Of a stretch of DNA of 64,000 nt, positions 55,494 through 64,000 are shown in pieces. Source of the stretch: an uncultured Thermotogaceae bacterium (lineage in GTDB: Bacteria; Bipolaricaulota; Bipolaricaulia; Bipolaricaulales; Bipolaricaulaceae); the NCBI GenBank assembly GCA_964429165.1, contig CAYSAN010000006.1, forward strand, positions 7,118 through 71,117, in the 5' to 3' direction. A model generated the notes under the pieces. The model was not told the DNA's origin, did no database searches, and saw only the letters and a program-made list of their open reading frames with translations. The first letter of the stretch is position 1, and every line of letters starts with the position of its first letter. Both the position numbers and the translations under genes were made by a program.

Positions 55494-56013
55494 ACCTTCC
55501 GATCAGCCAGGCCAGGAAAAAGAAGAGGGCCACAAGGAGAAAGGGCACGAGCATCATGGGCCACGCCAGTCGCCACAGGGCCTTCCTCTGCTCAGGGGTG
55601 AGGTCCACAGGGTGGGGATACCGCATTTCCAGGCGCCGCGCCTTTTTCAGCATCTTCACGGACTCCGCGATCCTCCCTTGCTTGCGGTACACCACGCCCA
55701 GGTTGTGGTGGGCGGGGGCGTGACGGGGGTCCGCTTGGATGGCCCGGTGATAGGCGTATTCTGCGCGCGCCAAATCGCCGGCATCAAAATAGACGTTTCC
55801 CAAGCGAAAGTAAATCGTGGCCTTTTCCTCGCCATAGCGCAAGAGGTCCACCAACAGGTCAATCGCCTCTTTATGGCGCTGGCCGCGGCGGAGCTCCTCA
55901 GCCTTGGCCAACGCCTGGTGCACCAGCTCCCGTCGCGCCGAGGCCGTCAGTTCGGCGGGATCCGGGAGCGGAGGGACGACAGCCTCTCCTTCACCGCTTG
56001 GATGTCCAGCCAT
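55486..56013 (-). CDS. TPR-repeat protein with C-terminal transmembrane anchor (5' end overlaps the udg 3' end by ~67 nt; start uncertain)
   Basis: TPR-like AxxAxxxYxxAL repeats; C-terminal WPMMLVPFLLVALFFFLAWLIG TM helix. Confidence 0.5.
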   Translation of the reverse strand: MAGHPSGEGEAVVPPLPDPAELTASARRELVHQALAKAEELRRGQRHKEAIDLLVDLLRYGEEKATIYFRLGNVYFDAGDLARAEYAYHRAIQADPRHAPAHHNLGVVYRKQGRIAESVKMLKKARRLEMRYPHPVDLTPEQRKALWRLAWPMMLVPFLLVALFFFLAWLIGRFT

Positions 56014-56549
56014 GTCAGGTATTTTGGGCTCCCTTTGGCCTTGCTGGGGTTCCGCAGAAGATAACTGGGATGGAACATGGGAAAGACCTCGATGTCACCT
56101 TTCCAGGGGTAAAAGCGACCGCGCAGCTCATTGATCCCCTCCGATCGTCCGAGAAGCCAGTGGGTGGGGGTGTTGCCGAGGGTCACGATGATCTTTGGGC
56201 GCACAAGGCCAATTTGGGCGGAAAGCCATTCCCAACAGGTGCGCATTTCTTCTTTGGTGGGCACGCGGTTCCCGGGCGGCCGGCACTTCACCACATTTGT
56301 GATGTACACATCCTCGCGGGACAGACCCACGCTCTGCAGGATTTGCGTGAGGAGCTGACCTGCGGGCCCCACAAACGGGCGGCCCGTTTGGTCCTCCACC
56401 TCACCGGGAGCTTCACCAATGAGCATGAGGTCGGCGGAAGCCTTCCCCTCCCCAAACACAACATGCGTGCGGTTTTGGGCTAAAGCACAACGCGAGCAGT
56501 TTTGCACACGACCCTCAAGATCGGAGAGGGAGGGTATGAAAGGGGCCAA
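55947..56549 (-). CDS. udg: uracil-DNA glycosylase, family 4 (TTG start with GGAGG SD; the table ORF start 56576 would run into tRNA-Gly)
   Basis: NCSRCAL Fe-S ligands, GEGPG...GRPFVG, HPSYLLRNP; ends GSPKYLTWLDIQAVK. Resembles the thermophilic UDGA type as I recall it. Confidence 0.85.
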   Translation of the reverse strand: MAPFIPSLSDLEGRVQNCSRCALAQNRTHVVFGEGKASADLMLIGEAPGEVEDQTGRPFVGPAGQLLTQILQSVGLSREDVYITNVVKCRPPGNRVPTKEEMRTCWEWLSAQIGLVRPKIIVTLGNTPTHWLLGRSEGINELRGRFYPWKGDIEVFPMFHPSYLLRNPSKAKGSPKYLTWLDIQAVKERLSSLRSRIPPN

Positions 56550-56564
56550 AGGAGCACCTCCACC

Positions 56565-56640
56565 TGGAGCGGGCAACGGGAGTCGAACCCGCGGCCTTCG
56601 GCTTGGGACGCCGACGCTCTACCAACTGAGCTATGCCCGC
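56565..56640 (-). tRNA. tRNA-Gly (anticodon CCC), 3' CCA encoded
   Basis: Minus strand gcgggcatagctcagttggtagagcgtcggcgtCCCaagccgaaggccgcgggttcgactcccgttgcccgctcca; a TATAAT -10 lies 9 nt upstream (56650-56655). Confidence 0.85.
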
Positions 56641-56676
56641 ACCCCAAATATTATACCCCGGCCAGGGGGTTAGGGC

Positions 56677-57867
56677 TCAGGCGGCCAAGAGGGGCTCCAA
56701 GGCCGGCATGGGCTCCCCTTGGAGGAAGCTCAAGGTGGCCCCTCCGCCGGTGGACACATAGCTGAACTTCTCAGCCAGCCCCAGTTTCTCCACCGCCTCC
56801 GCGGTCTCCCCACCGCCCACCACCGTGAACGCTTTGGAGCTGATGAGGGCCCGGGCAATGGCCTCCGTGCCCTTGCCAAAGGGCGTGACCTCAAACACCC
56901 CCATGGGACCAGCCCACACCACCGTGCCCGCCCGCTGGATCACCTCGGCAAACCGGCCGATGGTGGCAGGCCCGATGTCCAAGCCCATCCATCCCTCAGG
57001 AATGGCTTGGACCGAGATCACCTTGATCTCCACCCCTTCTTTGGGCTCAGGAGCCACCACCACGTCCACGGGAAGATGCAGCTCCTTGCCCTGGCGTTTG
57101 ATCCCCTCGCTGAGCTCCTTGATGGTGGGGATGAGCTTTTCCTCCACCACGGACTTTCCCACCTTGAGCCCTTGCGCAGCAAGGAAGGTGAAAGCCACCC
57201 CGCCGCCGATGATGAACCCGTCCACCTTGGGCAGGAGGCTGCTGAGCACGCCCAGCTTATCGCTGGCCTTTTTGCCGCCCACCAGGACGTAAAACGGGCG
57301 GCGCGGATCGATGAGAAGCCGGGAGAGAACTTCTACCTCCCGCTCCATGAGAAAGCCGGCGTAGGCGGGGAGGTAGCGGGTGACCCCCACGGTGGAGGCG
57401 TGGGCGCGGTGGGCGGTGGCAAAGGCGTCGTTCACAAAAATGTCGAATGGCTCAGCCAAGGCCTTGGCGAACTTGGGATCATTGGCCTCCTCTTCCGGAT
57501 GGAACCGGACGTTCTCCAACATCAGGAGCTCGCCGGGCTTCAGGGCGTCCACAGCCTTCCGCACTTCAGAGCCGATGCACTCAGGCAAAGCCGGAACAGC
57601 TCTTCCCAAGAGCTTCTCCAGCCTTTCCGCTACAGGCTTAAGCCGCAGGTCTTCCACCACTTTCCCTTCCGGGCGGCCCAAGTGTGAGCACACCGCGACC
57701 CGTGCTCCCTGCTCCAACAGCCATTTCAAGGTGGGCAAAACGGCGCGGATGCGGGAATCGTCAGCAACCTTGCCACCGGTAAGGGGAACGTTCAAATCAG
57801 CGCGGAATAAAACCTTTTTACCCCGCGGGGTAATCTCCCCTACAGTGCGCAATTTCATGGGAATCAC
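56677..57867 (-). CDS. pgk: phosphoglycerate kinase
   Basis: RADLNVPL N-terminus, GGGA C-terminal domain motifs, 396 aa. Confidence 0.95.
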   Translation of the reverse strand: MIPMKLRTVGEITPRGKKVLFRADLNVPLTGGKVADDSRIRAVLPTLKWLLEQGARVAVCSHLGRPEGKVVEDLRLKPVAERLEKLLGRAVPALPECIGSEVRKAVDALKPGELLMLENVRFHPEEEANDPKFAKALAEPFDIFVNDAFATAHRAHASTVGVTRYLPAYAGFLMEREVEVLSRLLIDPRRPFYVLVGGKKASDKLGVLSSLLPKVDGFIIGGGVAFTFLAAQGLKVGKSVVEEKLIPTIKELSEGIKRQGKELHLPVDVVVAPEPKEGVEIKVISVQAIPEGWMGLDIGPATIGRFAEVIQRAGTVVWAGPMGVFEVTPFGKGTEAIARALISSKAFTVVGGGETAEAVEKLGLAEKFSYVSTGGGATLSFLQGEPMPALEPLLAA

Positions 57868-57892
57868 CGAACGTTCATTCTACGCGTTTCTC

Positions 57893-58597
57893 ATGAGCTC
57901 GGCAAGCATGCAAAAGATGGATATCATCGAATCCGTGAACTGGGGCATTTTGCTGCTTGTGGTGGGGGTGGGCTTAGTAGCCTCCCTGTTTGCCATGGTG
58001 TGGCCCTATTTGCACCCGGAGTCGCCCTTTTGGGCGCAGCAGAGGCTGGTGGAGCTCCTGCGCACCTGGGAGCGGGTGCGGGATCTGAACGCTACGGTGA
58101 TCATCAGGCGGCCGGGTGAGCCCCCCCTCCGGGTACGCCTTTTTTATTTGGCAGGCGCGGCCGCGCGCCTGGAGGTGGAGGAGCCCTCAGAGCTTGCGGG
58201 CGAAGTGTACACCCTGCGTCCGGCGGAGGAGGACTGGATTTTTGTGCACTTCCGGCCCCGCCTGAGCTTGGGGCTGGAAGCGCGTTTTTCCCCAGCGGAA
58301 GTGGAGGCCCTTTTCGCTCCCTTTGCCCTGGGGAAAGGGGAGGTGCGGTGGGTGAACGAGGTCTCCTTTGTGCTGCGCGGCCTGACCGGACCGTTCCGCG
58401 ACGCGGAGGTCCACGTCGGGGGTGAGTTTTCCCTCCCCCAGCGGATCATCTTGCGGGAACCCCAGGGCCATTTCATGGAACTACAGGTGATTGCGCTTGA
58501 GGTCAATCAGGGGATGGAGCTGCGAGACCTTCTTATTCTTGATCCTTTTCCGACCCGCTGGATTCGGATCCCAACTCTCTCTGCGCCCGGCGCCTGA
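57893..58597 (+). CDS. hypothetical membrane-anchored protein (N-terminal TM then ~200-aa beta-rich domain)
   Basis: In-frame ATG at 57893 just past the pgk start on the opposite strand; TM GILLLVVGVGLVASLFAMVW. No family recognised. Confidence 0.45.
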   Translation: MSSASMQKMDIIESVNWGILLLVVGVGLVASLFAMVWPYLHPESPFWAQQRLVELLRTWERVRDLNATVIIRRPGEPPLRVRLFYLAGAAARLEVEEPSELAGEVYTLRPAEEDWIFVHFRPRLSLGLEARFSPAEVEALFAPFALGKGEVRWVNEVSFVLRGLTGPFRDAEVHVGGEFSLPQRIILREPQGHFMELQVIALEVNQGMELRDLLILDPFPTRWIRIPTLSAPGA

Positions 58598-59057
58598 GCT
58601 CAGATAAAGAGAACTCCTGGTCCACGAACTGCTCGAACCGCTCCTCCTCTGCAAATGGCGACTCAATGGCAGCTTGCTCGAACACCTCTTCCGCGATGAA
58701 GATGGGGGCACGCATGCGCAGGGCGAGGGCGATGGCGTCAGACGGCCGCGAGTCCAGCTCTTTCACCTCTCCTTTAGCGTCCCGCACCACAAGCTTGGCA
58801 TAAAAAATGCCGTCCTTGATGTGAGTGATGACCACCTGTTCCAACGCTGCGTCCAGGGCGGAGAAGAGCTCCTTCATGAGGTCGTGGGGAAGGGGGCGGG
58901 GGAAGCGTTGGCCCTGTAGCTCCAAAGCGATGGACATGGCCTCCGGCTCAGCGATCCAAATGGGCATGGCTTTTGTGGAGGTCCGATCTTTGAGAAGGAC
59001 CACGGGGCTGCGGGTAGACGGATCCATGAGCAACGCCCGCACTTCTGCCTCACGCAT
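58533..59057 (-). CDS. bifunctional nuclease (BFN/DUF151) family protein
   Basis: Pattern MPIWIAEPEAMSIALEL...RPLPHDLM...HIKDGIFYAKLVV resembles the DUF151 nuclease family; acidic C-terminal tail. Confidence 0.6.
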   Translation of the reverse strand: MREAEVRALLMDPSTRSPVVLLKDRTSTKAMPIWIAEPEAMSIALELQGQRFPRPLPHDLMKELFSALDAALEQVVITHIKDGIFYAKLVVRDAKGEVKELDSRPSDAIALALRMRAPIFIAEEVFEQAAIESPFAEEERFEQFVDQEFSLSELRRRAQRELGSESSGSEKDQE

Positions 59058-59140
59058 GTCCCCTCCTTGTGAGAACATTATACCCCCTCAGGACAACGGT
59101 GAACATGGCCCACCTCACCTTCGGGCTATAATGCCGCGCC

Positions 59141-60952
59141 ATGTGCGGGATCGTGGGCTATGTTGGCCCGCAAAAAGTTGAAGAAATCCTGCTTTCTGGG
59201 TTAACCCGTTTGGAGTACCGGGGTTATGACTCCGCAGGCCTGGCCATTCTCACCAAAACCGGGCTCAAGCTGATTCGTCAAGTGGGAAAAATTGCGAACC
59301 TGATGCAAGCGGTGCAGGAGGCCGGCGTTACCGGGAACGCGGGGATCGGCCACACCCGCTGGGCCACCCATGGCCTTCCCACCGAGGAAAACGCCCACCC
59401 TCATCGCGATTGCACCGGCAAGATCGCGCTCGTCCACAACGGCATCATCGAAAACCATCGGGAACTGCGGGCGGAGTTGCTTTCCCAGGGGCATCAATTC
59501 CGCTCTCAGACGGATACAGAGGTCCTGGTGCATCTTGTGGAGGAGCACTACCACGGGGATTTGGTGGAAGCCGTGCGCAGGGCGGTGGCGCGGGCCGTGG
59601 GAGCCTACGCCATCGCTGTGATCCACGCTGATCATCCCGAAACGCTTGTGGCCGCTCGCCAAGGAAGCCCCCTTGTGGTCACGGCTGGCCCTAACGAGGG
59701 CTTTCTTGCCTCTGACGTGCCTGCCCTCCTTCCTTATGCCCGCGCGTTTTACTTCCTGGAGGATGGGGAAGTGGCCCAAATTTCGCCGGGAGAGCTGCGG
59801 GTTTGGGACCGGCAAGGCCGGCCCAAGCAGCCCAAGCTGCGGGAGGTTCCCTGGGACCCCTTATCCGCGGAGAAAGCGGGCTTCCGCCATTTCATGGAGA
59901 AGGAGATCCACGAGCAGCCGCGGGCCATCGCGGATACCTTGCGCAGCGAGCTCTCCACGCCCTGGGAGGAGGGGCTCTCCGGCCTGGACCTTTCTCAGGT
60001 GGAGCACATTTGTCTCGTGGCCTGCGGCACCTCTTACCACGCGGCCCTGGTGGCTGAATACCTGTGGGAGCCGCTTTTACGCCTGCCCGTCACTGCTGAG
60101 ATCGCCTCAGAATTCAGGTACAAGAACCCCGCCTTGAGCAAAAACACCTTGGTGGTGGCCATCTCCCAGTCCGGGGAGACCATTGACACCCTCATGGCCG
60201 TACGGCAGGCCAAGGACCTGGGCGCGCAGGTGATTGGGGTGGTGAACGTGGTGGGCTCCGCTATTGCCCGGGAGGCGCACGCGGTTTTCTATACCCGGGC
60301 AGGGCTGGAGATTGGGGTGGCGGCCACCAAAACCCACACGGCTCAAATCGCCGCCCTCGAGCTTTTAGGCCTGTGGTTGGCCCGGGCCCGCGGGCTTCTC
60401 CGCGAGGAGGAGCTCCTTTTGGCCAAGGAGGAATTGAGTCGCGCTCCCCGCCTTGTGGAGGAGACGCTGGCCCTGGAGGCCTCCATAGAGGGGCTCGCTC
60501 AGAAGTTCTATACCTACCCGAACTTCCTCTACCTGGGCCGCGGCCTCCTTTATCCCTTGGCCCTGGAAGGGGCCCTGAAGCTCAAGGAGATCTCCTACAT
60601 CCACGCCGAGGGGTACGCGGCCGGGGAGATGAAGCATGGGCCGATCGCCCTCATCCACGAGGCGATGCCCGTGGTGGTCCTTTACTCTTCTGGGGAGCTG
60701 CCAGCGAAGGTGATCTCCAACATGCAGGAGGTGCGGGCCCGGCGGGGTATCCTCCTGGTCTTCGCCGACGCCTTGGATCCCGAGGTGGAGGAGCTGGCCG
60801 ACCACCTCCTCCTCCTCCCCTCAAGCTCTCGCCTGCTCTTGCCCTTCACCTTCCTCCCGGCCCTCCAGCTCTTTGCCTACCATATGGCCAGGCTCAAGGG
60901 GACCGACGTGGATCAACCCAGAAACTTAGCGAAGACGGTGACGGTGGAGTGA
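59141..60952 (+). CDS. glmS: glutamine--fructose-6-phosphate aminotransferase
   Basis: MCGIVGY N-terminal nucleophile, two SIS domains, C-terminal ...VTVE. Confidence 0.95.
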   Translation: MCGIVGYVGPQKVEEILLSGLTRLEYRGYDSAGLAILTKTGLKLIRQVGKIANLMQAVQEAGVTGNAGIGHTRWATHGLPTEENAHPHRDCTGKIALVHNGIIENHRELRAELLSQGHQFRSQTDTEVLVHLVEEHYHGDLVEAVRRAVARAVGAYAIAVIHADHPETLVAARQGSPLVVTAGPNEGFLASDVPALLPYARAFYFLEDGEVAQISPGELRVWDRQGRPKQPKLREVPWDPLSAEKAGFRHFMEKEIHEQPRAIADTLRSELSTPWEEGLSGLDLSQVEHICLVACGTSYHAALVAEYLWEPLLRLPVTAEIASEFRYKNPALSKNTLVVAISQSGETIDTLMAVRQAKDLGAQVIGVVNVVGSAIAREAHAVFYTRAGLEIGVAATKTHTAQIAALELLGLWLARARGLLREEELLLAKEELSRAPRLVEETLALEASIEGLAQKFYTYPNFLYLGRGLLYPLALEGALKLKEISYIHAEGYAAGEMKHGPIALIHEAMPVVVLYSSGELPAKVISNMQEVRARRGILLVFADALDPEVEELADHLLLLPSSSRLLLPFTFLPALQLFAYHMARLKGTDVDQPRNLAKTVTVE

Positions 60953-61400
60953 TGGCTGAGCGCAGGGTGGTGGCGCGGAATCGCCGGGCCCGGCGAGATT
61001 ACAAGATTGAGGAAACGCATGAGGCTGGGCTCGTTCTTAAGGGCTCAGAGGTGAAATCCCTGCGGGCTGGCCGGGTCTCGCTCGATGAGGCCTATGCCAA
61101 GGTGGAGGGGGGCGAGGTTTGGCTCTACGGCATGCACGTGGCGCCCTACGAACAGGCCGGGCAATTTGGGCATGATCCGGAACGGCCAAAGAAGCTCCTT
61201 TTGAAAAAGCGGGAAATGGCACGCCTCATGGGGAAAGTGGGGCGCGCCGGCTACACCCTGGTCCCGCTTTCCCTGTACTTCAACGAGCGTGGTTTCGCCA
61301 AGGTGGAGCTGGCTTTGGCCAAGGGGCTCACCAAGGCTGACAAACGCCGTAAGCTCATCGAGGAAGAGGAAGAACGCCGGGCCCGCGAGGCCCTGAAACG

Positions 61401-61413
<13 letters not shown>
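60952..61413 (+). CDS. smpB: SsrA-binding protein SmpB (TGATG overlap with glmS)
   Basis: [15 protein letters not shown]...GSEVKSL motif, 153 aa. Confidence 0.9.
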
Positions 61414-62486
<1,073 letters not shown>

Positions 62487-62515
62487 AAAAGCGTACCGAA
62501 AAGAAACGGGGAAAG

Positions 62516-63217
62516 CTAGGGGGTGAGGCGCTGTAGTCCCTGGGGGCCGGCGACAAGGGCCTCGTGCACCAGCCCTAAAAACAAGCCGTGTCCCAAGATC
62601 CCCGCGCGGGACCCAATTTTCGCGGCCAAGGCCCAGGGATCGCGGATCGGGCCAAACCAGCAGTCCAGGATGTAATTGCCATGGTCGGTGAGGTGGGGGA
62701 CGCCGTTGGCCTCCACCCGCAGGACGACCTTGGCACCCAGCCCCTCCAAGAACTGGGCTTGGCTTCTCCAGCCAAAGGGCAACACCTCCACCGGCACAGG
62801 AAAGCGCGTGCCTAAAGCGGGGGAAAGTTTCGTGAAGTCGGCCACGATCACCTCCCGCCGGGTGGCTTGGGCCACGATCTTCTCCCGCAGAAGTGCTCCA
62901 CCTCCGCCTTTGATCACGTTGAGCTTGGGGTCGATTTCGTCGGCCCCGTCAATGGTGAGGTCCACCTCGGGATGGTCCTCCAGGGTGGCAAGGGGAAGGC
63001 CCAGGGCTTGGGCCTCCTTTTCCACGGCGCGGGAACAGGGGATCACCCTGATGTCTCGAATTTCTCTAGTTTGCCAAAGCTTGGCGAGCTTAAGGAGGGC
63101 GTAGCGGGCCGTGGAACCGTGTCCCATGCCCACCACCATCCCCGGCTGCACGAGCTCCACCGCGGCCTCCGCTGCTTCCCTCTTCCATCGCTCTAGCTCC
63201 ACGTTTGCCTGGGCCAT
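62516..63217 (-). CDS. rpiA: ribose-5-phosphate isomerase A
   Basis: [22 protein letters not shown] motifs. Confidence 0.85.
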   Translation of the reverse strand: MAQANVELERWKREAAEAAVELVQPGMVVGMGHGSTARYALLKLAKLWQTREIRDIRVIPCSRAVEKEAQALGLPLATLEDHPEVDLTIDGADEIDPKLNVIKGGGGALLREKIVAQATRREVIVADFTKLSPALGTRFPVPVEVLPFGWRSQAQFLEGLGAKVVLRVEANGVPHLTDHGNYILDCWFGPIRDPWALAAKIGSRAGILGHGLFLGLVHEALVAGPQGLQRLTP

Positions 63218-63248
63218 GGTTTTCCCTTAGACTTTTTTGGAGGTTATC

Positions 63249-64000
63249 TTGAGCATCCTCAATCTGGACAAGATCTTCAAACCCCAGCGGATTGCGGTCA
63301 TCGGCGCAAGCAACAACCCAGGAAGCGTGGGTTACACTGTGCTCAAAAATCTGGTGAGCTTTGGCTTTCCGGGCGTGGTGTATCCCGTCAACCCTCGCTA
63401 CGAGGCGGTGCAAGGGATCCACGCTTACCCGGATGTGAAGGATCTTCCGCGCGCGCCGGATCTGGCCATCATCTGCACGCCGGCGCCCACCGTGCCCGAT
63501 CTTGTGCGGCAATGCGGTGAGGCCGGTATCCTTGGCCTCATCATCATTTCCGCTGGGTTTAAGGAGACAGGGGAAGAGGGAAGAAAGCTTGAAGCGCGTA
63601 TCAAAGAGGAGGCCCAAAACTTCCCGGGCCTGCGCATCATCGGTCCGAACTGTTTGGGGATAATCGTTCCTTCCCTGCGTCTGAACGCGAGCTTCGCTGC
63701 TGCCATGCCACCCGATGGCCATGTGGCCTTCATATCCCAGTCTGGCGCGCTGTGCACATCCGTGCTGGACTGGGCTATCGAAGAGGGCATTGGTTTCTCC
63801 TATTTCGTCTCCATTGGAAACATGGTGGACGTTAATTTTGGCGACCTCATTGATTACTTTGGCCAGGACGAGCGCACCCGCTCAATCATCCTTTATATGG
63901 AGTCCATAACCGCGGCTCGGCAATTCATGTCCGCGGCGCGGGCGTTTGCCCGCACCAAGCCCATTGTGGTGTACAAGGCCGGGAGGTTTGCGGAGTCCGC
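63249..64000 (+). CDS. acetyl-CoA synthetase (ADP-forming) / acyl-CoA synthetase, CoA-binding and succinyl-CoA-synthetase-like domains; partial (3' end beyond window); TTG start with GGAGG SD
   Basis: PQRIAVIGASNNPGSVGY CoA-binding Rossmann motif, IIGPNCLG. Confidence 0.8.
   Translation, partial: MSILNLDKIFKPQRIAVIGASNNPGSVGYTVLKNLVSFGFPGVVYPVNPRYEAVQGIHAYPDVKDLPRAPDLAIICTPAPTVPDLVRQCGEAGILGLIIISAGFKETGEEGRKLEARIKEEAQNFPGLRIIGPNCLGIIVPSLRLNASFAAAMPPDGHVAFISQSGALCTSVLDWAIEEGIGFSYFVSIGNMVDVNFGDLIDYFGQDERTRSIILYMESITAARQFMSAARAFARTKPIVVYKAGRFAES

Noticed and set aside
59058-59140. Possible glmS ribozyme upstream of glmS
   Set aside because: Only 84 nt of intergenic space and no recognisable ribozyme core; instead a TATAAT -10 sits 8 nt upstream of the ATG.

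Overview
High-GC (~67%) bacterial chromosomal segment, almost entirely core/housekeeping genes; it includes the replication-origin neighbourhood. Main contents, all inferred from motifs and remembered family signatures, not from any search: (1) a thiamine operon on the minus strand under one canonical TPP riboswitch (Cys-free archaeal-type Thi4, fused ThiD-ThiN, a degenerate CbiX-like protein, ThiC), with a truncated second copy of the riboswitch 5' half downstream of thiC; (2) a fatty-acid-CoA ligase/trxB, xseAB, pyk, rnpA-greA-lysS block; (3) a six-tRNA operon (Lys-Lys-Glu-Val-Asp-Phe) with a consensus sigma70 promoter, running directly into dnaA, followed by a cluster of 8 DnaA-box-like 9-mers (candidate oriC) and a DUF721/DciA-like gene; (4) thrS, iclR, hom, tungsten-type aldehyde:ferredoxin oxidoreductase, rsmH-ftsL-ftsI; (5) a purine-catabolism region: CoxSML-type molybdenum hydroxylase operon, two ABC transporters (NitT/TauT-type and BMP/nucleoside-type), then an ssnA-ygfK-thrC-like-[2Fe-2S]-mocA-FAD-subunit cluster (the poorly characterised 'putative selenate reductase / selenium-dependent molybdenum hydroxylase' gene set) plus hpt; (6) tsaD, fsa, a ThiF/MoeB-type E1 with C-terminal extension, family-4 UDG, tRNA-Gly, pgk, glmS, smpB, prfA, rpiA and an ADP-forming acetyl-CoA synthetase fragment. 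I see no CRISPR arrays, mobile elements or recognisable defence systems. The most unusual items are architectural: the riboswitch duplication, an XseA with a possible HARP-like N-terminal extension, tRNA-operon/dnaA coupling, several near-leaderless promoter geometries, orphan FeS/FAD hydroxylase subunits, and a MoaD-like gene translationally coupled to rarA. Coordinates taken from the supplied ORF table are exact; features I located in the raw sequence (promoters, tRNAs, boxes) may be off by 1-2 nt.
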